Shown: piece after piece, positions 10,050-19,391 of the stretch
Layout: the number at the start of each line of letters is the position of its first letter
How positions within the stretch are numbered: position 1 is the first letter of the stretch
Origin: Vulcanimicrobiota bacterium
GTDB lineage: Bacteria > Vulcanimicrobiota > Vulcanimicrobiia > Eremiobacterales > Eremiobacteraceae
Direction: 5' to 3'
DNA length: 64,000 nt
Assembly: GCA_963805945.1 (NCBI GenBank)
Contig: CAWDVP010000002.1
Location: 653,027 to 717,026 of the forward strand
Made by a program: the position numbers and the translations under genes
Notes under the pieces: generated by a model
What the model saw: only the letters and a program-made list of their open reading frames with translations
Told to the model about the DNA's origin: nothing
The model's database searches: none

Positions 10050-10562
10050 CTACCTTTCGCTCGCCTCGAGCGGCGGACGCCGGAACATCATGAGCAGGCC
10101 GGCGATCTGCAAGAGCACGAGCACGAAGTAGATGATGAGCGGGATCAGCACGCGGTCAGTCGGCAGGCGCGGATCCGGGGTCGTGTTCGCAACCAGCACG
10201 GCCTGGATCACGACGTCGAACAAGACGATCGCGAACACTCCAAGCCACTGAAAGCGCGCGGCGAGTTCGCCCAGCGTCCGCTCGCGGCGCTCGGGCGCGA
10301 GCCAGTACTCCTTATACGGCATGTTGACGGATGCCGGCAAGCGGTAGAGCAAAGCCGGAAACCCAAGGAATATGGCGCTGAGCAGCGCGAGCATGACGCC
10401 GCACGAGGTGAAGAAGACCTCTTTGGTCTGCCAGCCGTTCGGCACGCCCGCGACGTTGAAGTGCGACGCCATCGGATCGGCGAGGATGAGCGGATAGTAG
10501 TGCACCATCTGCACGCAGGCCACCACCGCCAGGACGATGATGACGACGCCCGGGAAGCGCAT
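10050..10562 (-). CDS. DUF1648-domain membrane protein
   Basis: MASHFNVAGVPNGWQTK motif, four hydrophobic segments. Confidence 0.75.
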   Translation of the reverse strand: MRFPGVVIIVLAVVACVQMVHYYPLILADPMASHFNVAGVPNGWQTKEVFFTSCGVMLALLSAIFLGFPALLYRLPASVNMPYKEYWLAPERRERTLGELAARFQWLGVFAIVLFDVVIQAVLVANTTPDPRLPTDRVLIPLIIYFVLVLLQIAGLLMMFRRPPLEASER

Positions 10563-10639
10563 CGCCCTGGCGATTCGCGCTCCAAGGGGTGCCTGCCTCG
10601 CGGGCATCCAATCCGGCCCGCAGAGCGTAGACAGCACAT

Positions 10640-11416
10640 ATGAAGCAACGCGTGTATCGCCATCCGATCGTCGTCCGCGTGACGCATTGGGTCATCGCGC
10701 TCGCCTTGCTCGTGCTCACGATGAGCGGGCTGCAGATCTTCATGGCGCATCCGAACCTCTATGCGTCGGACGCATCGGTCTTCGACCATCCAGTGCTCTC
10801 GATCTACGCCGACTCAGACGCATCCGGCAACCCCGTGGGCCATCTGCAGATCGGTTCGCACGTCTTCACCACAACGGGTTGGCTCGGCTGGACCAGTGAC
10901 GGCATGGGTGGCCTCGACGCGCGCGCGTTCCCGGCCTGGACGACCATCCCGGCGTATCGCGCGCTCGCCGATGGCCGCCGCTGGCACATCTTCTTCGCCT
11001 GGCTGCTCGGCCTGTGCGCGCTCGCGTACGCGTATTGGGCGTTCGCGCTCGTGCCCAAGAAAGCGGATATCGAAGAGCTGCCGCACGCGCTCAAAGAGCA
11101 CGCGCTGCCGTGGAAAGTGAAATCCAAAGCCGAGTACAACCCGATGCAGAAGATCGCGTACTTCTCGGTCGTGTTCGGGCTCGTGCCGCTGGCGATCGTG
11201 TCCGGCCTCGCGCTCTCGCCGTCGGTCGACGCGCACGCGCACTGGCTGCCGTGGCTTCTCGGCGGCCGGCAGTTCGCGCGCATCTGGCACTTCATCGCGA
11301 TGTTCGGCATCATCGGCTTCTTCATCGGGCACTTCGTCATGGTCGCGTTGACCGGATTTTGGAACAACCTGCGCGCCATGATCACCGGCTGGTTCGTCGT
11401 GGAGAGAGCATCATGA
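10640..11416 (+). CDS. Cytochrome b/b6-domain membrane subunit (Ni_hydr_CYTB-like)
   Basis: VRVTHW, MSGLQIF, RRWHIFFAW, YNPMQKIAY, ARIWHF, FIGH. Confidence 0.88.
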   Translation: MKQRVYRHPIVVRVTHWVIALALLVLTMSGLQIFMAHPNLYASDASVFDHPVLSIYADSDASGNPVGHLQIGSHVFTTTGWLGWTSDGMGGLDARAFPAWTTIPAYRALADGRRWHIFFAWLLGLCALAYAYWAFALVPKKADIEELPHALKEHALPWKVKSKAEYNPMQKIAYFSVVFGLVPLAIVSGLALSPSVDAHAHWLPWLLGGRQFARIWHFIAMFGIIGFFIGHFVMVALTGFWNNLRAMITGWFVVERAS

Positions 11417-12162
11417 ACGTGCGCCGCGCCCAATTCCTCGCGCTGCTCGCCGGTTCGACGCTCACCGGCTGCGCGCGCGTCGCGACCTCGCTCAACGACA
11501 CCCAGTGGTTCCACGACCTGCTCGGATCACCGGAGCGGCTCGACATGGCGCTGCTCGGCGCGGGCCAGCCGCTCGCGCGCGAGTATGCGGATCGGTACAT
11601 CTCGACTGATTTCCGCCACAACGGCTTCGATCCGCCCAGCGACGCCACGTACGTGCGCTGGACGCGCGACGGCTTCACAGGCTATCGGCTCTTCGTCTCG
11701 GGGCTCGTCGACAAGCCGACGTCGTACAGTTTGGCGGAGCTGCGCAGCCATTTCACGCCGGCGACGCAGACGACGCGGCACGATTGCGTCGAAGGCTGGA
11801 GCGTCATCGGCAAGTGGCGCGGCGCGCTGCTGCGCGATGTGCTTGCCGCCTCAGCGCCGCAGGCAAACGCGAAGTACGTCGTCTTCCACTGCCTCGATGA
11901 TGACGGTGCCGGGAACAAATACTACGAATCATTGGACCTGCGCCAAGCCGCGCATCCGCAGTCGCTGCTCGCCTACGATCTCAACGATGCGCCGGTGCCG
12001 CCGAAGAACGGCGCGCCGCTGCGGCTCAAAGTGCCGGTGCAGCTCGGCTACAAGAGCGCGAAGCACGTCGCGCGCATCGAACTGGTCGCCGGATTAGGCG
12101 GCGAGCTCGGCAAGGGCGGCTACTGGGAAGACCGCGGCTACGAGTGGTTCGCGGGCATCTAG
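11413..12162 (+). CDS. Molybdopterin-dependent oxidoreductase (sulfite oxidase/MsrP family), Tat-like signal
   Basis: RRAQFL, TRHDCVEGWS, NGAPLRLKVPVQLGYKSAKH, GGYWEDRGY. Confidence 0.9.
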   Translation: MNVRRAQFLALLAGSTLTGCARVATSLNDTQWFHDLLGSPERLDMALLGAGQPLAREYADRYISTDFRHNGFDPPSDATYVRWTRDGFTGYRLFVSGLVDKPTSYSLAELRSHFTPATQTTRHDCVEGWSVIGKWRGALLRDVLAASAPQANAKYVVFHCLDDDGAGNKYYESLDLRQAAHPQSLLAYDLNDAPVPPKNGAPLRLKVPVQLGYKSAKHVARIELVAGLGGELGKGGYWEDRGYEWFAGI

Positions 12163-12167
12163 ACCCG

Positions 12168-12542
12168 TCAGGCGGTCTTGCGCTTGTGGAACGTCACCAA
12201 GTTACCCTCGGTGTCGTTGACCATCGCCATGCGGCAGGCGGGCGTCTCATGTTCCATTTGCACTGCGAGGCCGCGCGCCTTGACCGCCTTGACGGCCGCA
12301 TCGAGATCGTCGACCGCGAACAGGATCCCATTGCTGGGCTGGAAGGGCATCACTGCGCCGCCGCCGCCCCATAAGCCGAACGCCGTGCCATCCGCGAACT
12401 CGTATTCCGCGCCGCGATTATCGGGATAGACCCTGGTGGGTTCCAGCCCGAGCACGTCGCGATAGAAGCCGATCGCGCGCGCAGCGTCTTTGACCATGTA
12501 ACCGCTGAGGTCCAGTCCGGTGACCTTGAAAGGATGACTCAC
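12168..12542 (-). CDS. VOC/glyoxalase family protein
   Basis: VKDAARAIGFYRDVLGL, FAVDDLDAA, DTEGN. Confidence 0.85.
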   Translation of the reverse strand: MSHPFKVTGLDLSGYMVKDAARAIGFYRDVLGLEPTRVYPDNRGAEYEFADGTAFGLWGGGGAVMPFQPSNGILFAVDDLDAAVKAVKARGLAVQMEHETPACRMAMVNDTEGNLVTFHKRKTA

Positions 12543-12589
12543 AATCGCTCTCCCGTCGTCTCGTGCCGGCGGTCGCGACCCGTGCGCGC

Positions 12590-13111
12590 CTAGCTACCCT
12601 CGCGGAGCAGCTGATTCACCGTCGCATCGACCACGTCGTCCTGCGAGTCGCCGATGACGGTCTTGCGCAGCACGCCGTGACGATCGAAGATCATCTGGGT
12701 CGGCCAGCCGGTGATGCCGTACGCGTTCCAGAGAGCGAAATCATTGTCGATCGCGACCGGCCAGGCGACGCCCTGCGCTTTCGTGGAGGTGATGACCGCC
12801 GAGCGGTCATGCTCGTACGTGGTCTCCGGGCTGTGCACGCTGAGGATCACAAGATCGCGCCGCGATTCGTTCTTGTAGAGCGCGCGCAGGTTCGGCTCGA
12901 CGTTCTTGCAGTTGTAGCAGCCGAAGGTGTAAAAATCGAGCACCACGACCTTGCCGCGGACGTCGGCCGCGGTCGGCTTGCCGTTGAGCCAATCCGTGGC
13001 CGCGAGCACGCGGGTGAGGCTCGCCGAGGGGGCGGTCTGCGCCGCATGCGCTGCGTAGGCGGCGCCGCCGGCGAACGCCAGCGCCGCGAGCGCGAGAACG
13101 AGCTTTTTCAT
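12590..13111 (-). CDS. Exported redoxin (TlpA/DipZ C-terminal-like thioredoxin)
   Basis: Signal peptide MKKLVLAL; WLNGKP, DFYTFGCYNC, VHSPE, WPVAIDND. Confidence 0.88.
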   Translation of the reverse strand: MKKLVLALAALAFAGGAAYAAHAAQTAPSASLTRVLAATDWLNGKPTAADVRGKVVVLDFYTFGCYNCKNVEPNLRALYKNESRRDLVILSVHSPETTYEHDRSAVITSTKAQGVAWPVAIDNDFALWNAYGITGWPTQMIFDRHGVLRKTVIGDSQDDVVDATVNQLLREGS

Positions 13112-13183
13112 ATCCCTTGGTACGTCGTCTGCGGCCGGATGGATGTTTAGGAGAAGGGCCGCGGGGCAAAGAAGCGGTCCGCC

Positions 13184-13990
13184 ATGTTCCGAGGTGCGAA
13201 AACCGGCGCGACGTATGTCGGCGAGAACCGGGTCCTGCTCAAGACCGCCAACGGGTTCAAGATGTACGTGGACGGGCGCGACGTCTCGATCGCGCCGCAC
13301 CTCATCCTCGACGGCGTGTGGGAGGAGTGGACCGAGGCGGTGCTGCGCACGCTGCTGCGGCCGGGCATGACCGTGTTCGAAGTTGGCACGAACGTGGGGT
13401 TCTTCACGTTGATCATGGCGGCTGCAGTAGGGCCAGGCGGCAAGATCTTTTCATTTGAAGCGGACGCCGAGCTGGCGCAACTCGCGCGCGACAACATCGA
13501 GATCAACGGTCTGCATCGCACCGCGCGGGTCGTCGAGCGTGCCGCGGGTGAACACGCGGGCACCGTCACCTTCTACAAGACCGATCGCCACCTCGGCGGC
13601 GGTTCGATCGTCGAAGGGCTGGAGCAGATCCCGCACAACCCATCGGACCATCGCCGCGCGGTCGAGGTCGCGATGACGACGCTCGACGTGTTCTGCAAAG
13701 AGGTGAGCGCGCAGCCGGACGTGCTGAAGATCGACGCGGAGGGAGCAGAGTCGGCGATCCTGCGCGGCGCGAGCGAGCTGTTGGACTCGAAGCGGCCGCT
13801 TGCGATCGTCATGGAGTTCTTCCCGCGTTTCGTGCGCGCGGCGGGCGATGAGCCTGACGCGCTGTTGGCGCGCATGGAGCAGCGCGGCTTCTCGCTCTAC
13901 GTGATCGACGAGCGTCGCCGGCGCTTGGAACCCGTGAGCGCGCAAGCGCTGCTGCAGCGGGAGAACGCGGAGATCGTCCTGCGCCGCTAG
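13184..13990 (+). CDS. FkbM family methyltransferase
   Basis: EVGTNVGFFT, FSFEAD, VLKIDAEGAE. Confidence 0.88.
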   Translation: MFRGAKTGATYVGENRVLLKTANGFKMYVDGRDVSIAPHLILDGVWEEWTEAVLRTLLRPGMTVFEVGTNVGFFTLIMAAAVGPGGKIFSFEADAELAQLARDNIEINGLHRTARVVERAAGEHAGTVTFYKTDRHLGGGSIVEGLEQIPHNPSDHRRAVEVAMTTLDVFCKEVSAQPDVLKIDAEGAESAILRGASELLDSKRPLAIVMEFFPRFVRAAGDEPDALLARMEQRGFSLYVIDERRRRLEPVSAQALLQRENAEIVLRR

Positions 13991-14015
13991 ACGACATCGC
14001 CCGGAACGCGGAGAT

Positions 14016-17000
14016 CTAGGTCGAGGTCGGCGTCGCCTTCGCGCGGCGCTCGCGCCAGCGTTCCTCTGCGCCTGCGATGATGATGTAGAGCAGCGGGATG
14101 ACGAGCAGGTTGAGCAGCGTCGAGATGAGCATGCCGCCGACGACCGCGGTGCCGATGGAGTGGCGGCTCGACTCGCCGGCGCCCGAGGCGAACACGAGCG
14201 GCATGATGCCGAAGATGAACGCGAACGACGTCATGAGGATGGGACGCAACCGTGTCATCGCGGCTTGGACGGCAGCTTGCGCGACCGGCATGCCCTGCTT
14301 GCGCAGCAAGTTGCCGAACTGCACGATCAGGATCGCGTTCTTGCTCGCGAGGCCGACCAACATCACGAGGCCGATCTGGCAGAAGATATCGTTCTGGACG
14401 TCGTTGGTGCTGGGGAGGATGTGCAGCATCGTGAGCGTATGCCGTATCCAGATGCCGCCGAGCGCCCCGAGGATCGCCAGCGGCACCGCCAAGATGATGA
14501 TGAGCGGATCGACGAGGCTCTCATACTGCGCGGCGAGCACGAGGAAAACGAAGAGCACCGCTAAGCCGAAGATGATGATGGTGACGCTGCCGGCCTCGAT
14601 CTGATCGAGCGACGTGCCCGTCCACTCGTAGCTCATGCCCGGCGGCAGCGTCTGCGCCGCGACTCTTTGCATCTCAGCAAGCGCTTGACCGGACGAGGCA
14701 CCGGGCGCCGGCTGGCCGTTGAACTCCATCGAGCGGAAAAGGTTATAGTGCGAGATGGTCGGCGGGCCGAGCGTGCGCTGCACCGTCACGAACGCCGACA
14801 GCGGGATCATCGCGCCGCTGTCGTTGCGGACGTACATCCGGCTCAGGTCGCCGATCTGCGACCGGAACGGCGCGTCCGCCTGGACGTACACGCGGTACGA
14901 CTTGTCGAGATAGTTGAAGTCGTTGACGTAGTCCGAGCCCAACATGATCTGGAGCGTGTCGAACACGTCGCCGAGATTGACGTGCATCGCCTGCACGGCG
15001 TTGCGGTCGACGTTCACCTGCACTTGCGGGCTGTCGGCGCGGAACGTCGTGAACACCGAGCGCAGCATCGGGTCGGTATTGGCGTGGTATTCGATCAAGC
15101 CAGCGGCCTGCGCGAGCGCCGGAATGCCAAGCCCGGTCTGATCCTCGACCTGGAAGTCGAAGCCGCCGATGTTGCCGGCGCCTTGGATGGGCGGGAAATT
15201 GAAGGCGAACGCGGATGCCCCGGTGATGCCGAAGAGCTTGCCGCCCGTCCGCTCGATGATCGCGGCGACCGAATGGTCGGCCCGCTTGCGCTCCGACCAC
15301 GGTTTGAGCGTCGCGAACATGATGCCGTTGTTAGGCCCGACGCCGGTGAAGCTGAAGCCGGCGACGCTGAAGATATTGACGACGTCGGGTTCGGAGCGCA
15401 CCACGCCCTGCACCTGAGCCATGATCTTGGTCATGTACTGGAGCGAGACGCCCGGCGGCGCCTGCGCGATGACGACGAAGAAGCCCTGGTCTTCGTCGGG
15501 CACGAACGCGGTCGGCACGATCTTGATCATCAGCACGGTCGCGCACAGCAGCGCGGCGAACACGACCAGCACGACCGCGGGCTTCGCCAGCACGGCGGGG
15601 AGCAGGCGCTTATAGCCCGCGCGGACGCCGGTGATGAAGTTGCCGATCGCCTGCATGAACTTGTTGTGGTGCGGCTCTTCTCTATCGAGCAGGATCGCCG
15701 CCAGCGCCGGCGCCAGCGTCAAGGCGGTGAAAGCGGAGATGGTGATGGTCGAGGCGATCGTCAGCGCGAACTGCTTGTAGAGCTCGCCCGTCGTGCCGGG
15801 GAAGAACGCGACCGGTATGAACACCGCCAGCAGCACGAGCGACGTCGCGATGACCGCGCTCGTGATCTCCGCCATCGCCAGAGGCGCTGCCGTCTTCGCG
15901 TCCATGTTGTGCTCGTGGATATAGCGCACGATGTTCTCCACGACCACGATCGCGTCGTCGACGACGAGCGCAGTCGCGAGCGTGAGGCCGAAGAGCGTCA
16001 GCGTGTTGATCGAGAAGCCGAACGCCTTGAGCAGCGCGAACGTGCCGATGAGCGAGACGGGGATGGTGATCGCCGGGATCAGCGTCGCGCGCCAATCCTG
16101 CAGGAAGAAGAAGATGACGAGCACGACCAGCGAGATCGCCAGCGCGAGCGTCGTCATGACCTCCCTGATGGATTGGTTGACGAACACCGTCGTGTCGAAG
16201 GCGACGTCGTACTTGATGCCGGGCGGGAATGATTTCGAAAGCCGCTCGAGCGCCTGGTGGACGCCCTTGGAGAGGTTCAGCGTATTGGCGTCCGAGAGCT
16301 GCAGCACGCCCATGCCGACCGCGGTCTTGCCGTTGAAGTTGAGATTGGTCGAGTAGTCCTGCGCGCCGAGATCGACGCGCCCGACGTCGGAGACGCGGAC
16401 CAGGTAGTTCTGCCCCGATTTGACCACGATGTTCGCGAACTCGGCCGGCGAGGTGAGCCGGCCGGCCACCCGGACGTTATAGGTGTACGCCTGCGTCGCG
16501 GGCGCGGGCTGCTGTCCGATGGCGCCCGCGGCGACCTGGACGTTCTGCTGCGAGAGCGCCGCGATCACGTCGTCCGGCGTGAGCTTGAACGCCTGCAGCC
16601 GCGCGGGGTCGAGCCACAGCCGCATGGCGTACTTGCGCTCGCCGAAGATGATGACGTTGCCGACGCCCTTCACGCGCTTGAGCGCTTGCGTGATGAAACG
16701 ATCGGCATAGTTGCTCAAGAAGGTGTCGTCGTATTTCGGATTGTCCGACGTCAAGGCGATCGCCATGACGAACGACGATGAGTTCTTGCTCACCGTGATG
16801 CCGGTCTGCTTGACCTGAGCGGGCAGCAGGCCTTGCGCCACGTTGACGCGCGTCTGCACGTCCTGAGCCGCTTTGTCCAAGTCGCGGCCAAGATTGAAGG
16901 TCGCGTTGATCGTGCTCGACCCGTCGTCCGAGCTCGCCGAGGAGATGTAGCGCAGCCCTTCCGCGCCGTTGATCTGTTCTTCCAGCGGGTTGGTGACGGA

Positions 17001-17180
17001 TTGTTCCACCGCTTGCGCGTTCGCGCCGATGTACTCCGATTGCACGGTGACGGTGGGCGGCGCGATGTTCGGGTAGTCCGCGACCGGCAACGTCGGGATG
17101 GAGATGGCGCCGGCGAGCAGGATGACGGCCGAACACACGGCGGCGAAGATCGGCCGCGAGATGAAGAAATTGCCCGACAT
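14016..17180 (-). CDS. RND efflux permease, HAE1/AcrB family
   Basis: FFISRPIFA, YPNIAPP, LVVDDAIVVVEN, GLASKNAILIV, RLRPILMTS. Confidence 0.96.
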   Translation of the reverse strand: MSGNFFISRPIFAAVCSAVILLAGAISIPTLPVADYPNIAPPTVTVQSEYIGANAQAVEQSVTNPLEEQINGAEGLRYISSASSDDGSSTINATFNLGRDLDKAAQDVQTRVNVAQGLLPAQVKQTGITVSKNSSSFVMAIALTSDNPKYDDTFLSNYADRFITQALKRVKGVGNVIIFGERKYAMRLWLDPARLQAFKLTPDDVIAALSQQNVQVAAGAIGQQPAPATQAYTYNVRVAGRLTSPAEFANIVVKSGQNYLVRVSDVGRVDLGAQDYSTNLNFNGKTAVGMGVLQLSDANTLNLSKGVHQALERLSKSFPPGIKYDVAFDTTVFVNQSIREVMTTLALAISLVVLVIFFFLQDWRATLIPAITIPVSLIGTFALLKAFGFSINTLTLFGLTLATALVVDDAIVVVENIVRYIHEHNMDAKTAAPLAMAEITSAVIATSLVLLAVFIPVAFFPGTTGELYKQFALTIASTITISAFTALTLAPALAAILLDREEPHHNKFMQAIGNFITGVRAGYKRLLPAVLAKPAVVLVVFAALLCATVLMIKIVPTAFVPDEDQGFFVVIAQAPPGVSLQYMTKIMAQVQGVVRSEPDVVNIFSVAGFSFTGVGPNNGIMFATLKPWSERKRADHSVAAIIERTGGKLFGITGASAFAFNFPPIQGAGNIGGFDFQVEDQTGLGIPALAQAAGLIEYHANTDPMLRSVFTTFRADSPQVQVNVDRNAVQAMHVNLGDVFDTLQIMLGSDYVNDFNYLDKSYRVYVQADAPFRSQIGDLSRMYVRNDSGAMIPLSAFVTVQRTLGPPTISHYNLFRSMEFNGQPAPGASSGQALAEMQRVAAQTLPPGMSYEWTGTSLDQIEAGSVTIIIFGLAVLFVFLVLAAQYESLVDPLIIILAVPLAILGALGGIWIRHTLTMLHILPSTNDVQNDIFCQIGLVMLVGLASKNAILIVQFGNLLRKQGMPVAQAAVQAAMTRLRPILMTSFAFIFGIMPLVFASGAGESSRHSIGTAVVGGMLISTLLNLLVIPLLYIIIAGAEERWRERRAKATPTST

Positions 17181-18514
17181 CAGTGCTTCGCTGCGCTTGC
17201 CGTGGGAGAGGCGCCAGGCTTGGTGGCGGCGCCCGGTTTACTAGGACCACCTGGCGGAGCCGCGCCTGGCGGCGGCATGACCTGCACCGGCGTCCCCGGT
17301 TGCAGCAGCGCCGAGTGGTTCAGGATCGCCTGCACGCCCGGCTTCAATCCAGCCCCGGTGACTTCGGCCTGTTCGTCGTTTTGGAGGCCGACCTCGACCG
17401 GCACCTCCTTCGCCTTGCCATCCTCGATGATGAACATCGAATAGCCTGCAGGCGTTTGATAGACGGATGCGCGCGGCGCGAGCAGCACGCCGGATTTGTG
17501 CGCGCGCGCGAACTGGACGGTCGCGACCATGCCGCCGTGCAGCACCAAGTCGGGATTGGGGAGCGGGATGCGCGCCGTATAGATCAACGTGCCGGGCGTG
17601 GTGGCTTCATTGAGGTACGCGACCTTGCCGTTCCACGTGCGCCCGGACGCGCCGGCGATAGAGACGTGGACGGGCGTGCCGACGTGCACGTAGGACATGT
17701 CCTCGCCCGAGATGCCGGCGTCGATGTACACCGGATCGAGCTGCGACACTTCCATCAGCACCGTGCCTGGCGACGCGAGCGATCCGGGATCGACGTTGCG
17801 CGCGGTCACCACGCCGTCGAACGGTGCGCTCACCTGCGACTGCGCGATCTGGCGCTCCACGAATGCGAGCGACGCTTCGGCGTTGCGCAGCGAAGCGTTA
17901 GCGGCCGAATTGTTCCCACTCAGGCTGGCGTTGCGGGCCGCCACTTGTGCAGATTCATAGGCGGCGAGATCGGCATTCGCCCGGCTGTGCGCGTCGTCGA
18001 GCGCCGATTGGGAGACGTAGCCTTGCTTGAACAGATCTTCGTCGCGCTTGAGGTTGAGCGCAGATGCTTGATATGTCGTCCGAGCGGAGATCAGGTTGGC
18101 TTGGGCCGTCGTGACGCCGCCTGTGGTGTTGGCTTGGACCAGCGAGAGGTTCGCCGCTTGTTCGGACTGTTGGGCGCGCAGCGTGCTATCGTCGATCTGG
18201 ACGAGCAGCTGACCTTTGTGGACGTGCTGGCCGATCTGCGCGCCGACCGTGAGCACGGCGCCCGAGACCACGGATGAGAGCGAGGCGGAGAGCTTCGGCA
18301 CGACGCTGCTCGTTACGCTCGCGTAATCGGCGATGTCGCCGCGCGTGATCGGCGCCGCCGCGACCGGGAACGCGAAACCGCCCGCGCCGCCGCCACCGCC
18401 TGGATAACCGCCCGGCTTGCCGCAGCCCGACGCGACGAGCGCGACCAGCGCCACGCCTAGGGCGGCCGTCGTATAACGCCGGCGTTTGAAACTGTTTTGC
18501 ATGGCGTGGCGCAT
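17180..18514 (-). CDS. RND periplasmic adaptor (MFP), lipoprotein
   Basis: LVASGC lipobox, GQHVHKGQLL, APFDGVV. Confidence 0.92.
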   Translation of the reverse strand: MRHAMQNSFKRRRYTTAALGVALVALVASGCGKPGGYPGGGGGAGGFAFPVAAAPITRGDIADYASVTSSVVPKLSASLSSVVSGAVLTVGAQIGQHVHKGQLLVQIDDSTLRAQQSEQAANLSLVQANTTGGVTTAQANLISARTTYQASALNLKRDEDLFKQGYVSQSALDDAHSRANADLAAYESAQVAARNASLSGNNSAANASLRNAEASLAFVERQIAQSQVSAPFDGVVTARNVDPGSLASPGTVLMEVSQLDPVYIDAGISGEDMSYVHVGTPVHVSIAGASGRTWNGKVAYLNEATTPGTLIYTARIPLPNPDLVLHGGMVATVQFARAHKSGVLLAPRASVYQTPAGYSMFIIEDGKAKEVPVEVGLQNDEQAEVTGAGLKPGVQAILNHSALLQPGTPVQVMPPPGAAPPGGPSKPGAATKPGASPTASAAKH

Positions 18515-18531
18515 TCAAGCCCGCGGCGCGA

Positions 18532-18559
18532 ATACCCCGCCGATTCGGCCGACGAAATC
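18532..18559 (-). promoter_or_regulatory. Candidate SigB/SigF-type promoter of RND operon
   Basis: Minus strand GATTT-N17-GGGTAT. Confidence 0.4.
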
Positions 18560-18631
18560 GAGCGGGACGCGCGACCCGGCGCTAACTATCTCTTCGGGTA
18601 GGTAGCGGCCGCGTGCGCCGTGGCGCGAACG

Positions 18632-19330
18632 CTACAAGCGCACGTAGGGCGCGAGGCGGTCGAACTTCGACGGCCCGATGCCCGGCACGTTCTGCAGATC
18701 GTCGATGGTCTGGAACGGGCCGTTCTGCTGGCGGAAATCGACGATGCGCCGCGCCAAGCCCGGACCGACACCGGGCAGCTGCACGAGTTGCTCTTCGCCG
18801 GCGGTGTTGACGTCGAGCGTCTGTCCCGGCGCCAATTTGTTGGCGCCTCGTCCGCCGTGCGATCTGCTATGACGCGAGCGATGCACGGGTACGCCGGTAT
18901 CGGCGGTGTACGGGCCTGAGTCAGTCGCGATGGTCTGGCCTTTGTGCGGCACGGTCACCTTCATCGCGTCGCGCAAGGGTTCGGCCAGGTTGATCTGATC
19001 CATGTCGGCATCCGCCGACTCGCCGCCGGCCTGTTTGACCGCGTCGACGACGCGGGCGCCCGGCGCGAAAAGGTAGACGCCGGCGCGCTTCACCGCGCCG
19101 CACACGTAGACCGCGAGTTCGCTCGGCGACGGGCTCGCGGCATCGGGCGAAATGCCGGGGCTCGGAAAGCCGTGCGCGTCGGCGACCAGTGTCGGCGGCA
19201 CTGTGGCCTCGGCCGCAAGCGGGTGTGGCGCGCCCGCCGGCCGCGGCAGCATGAATCCGGCGGCGACGGCGACCGCCGCGCCGCCGATGAGCCAACGTCG
19301 ATCGAATTGCATCGTGGCCACGCCGGACAC
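18632..19330 (-). CDS. comEA: ComEA DNA receptor (SLBB + helix-hairpin-helix)
   Basis: VYVCGAVKRAGVY, INLAEPLRD, VNTA..EQLVQLPGVGP, VPGIGP. Confidence 0.9.
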   Translation of the reverse strand: MSGVATMQFDRRWLIGGAAVAVAAGFMLPRPAGAPHPLAAEATVPPTLVADAHGFPSPGISPDAASPSPSELAVYVCGAVKRAGVYLFAPGARVVDAVKQAGGESADADMDQINLAEPLRDAMKVTVPHKGQTIATDSGPYTADTGVPVHRSRHSRSHGGRGANKLAPGQTLDVNTAGEEQLVQLPGVGPGLARRIVDFRQQNGPFQTIDDLQNVPGIGPSKFDRLAPYVRL

Positions 19331-19391
19331 ATCCCGCGAACGCGGGGCCGCGTCAAGGGCTTCATCGCGAGCCTATGGTACAATTGCCCCG

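Noticed and set aside
14667..16232. Long antisense/alternate-frame ORFs (also 39760-41499, 58925-60301 and many others)
   Set aside because: Shadow ORFs expected in high-GC DNA opposite well-supported genes
18560..18612. c-di-GMP-I riboswitch-like sequence (GGGACGC...CTAA...GGTAGCGG)
   Set aside because: Lacks the GCAAA motifs and is on the strand with no downstream gene; more likely a simple hairpin
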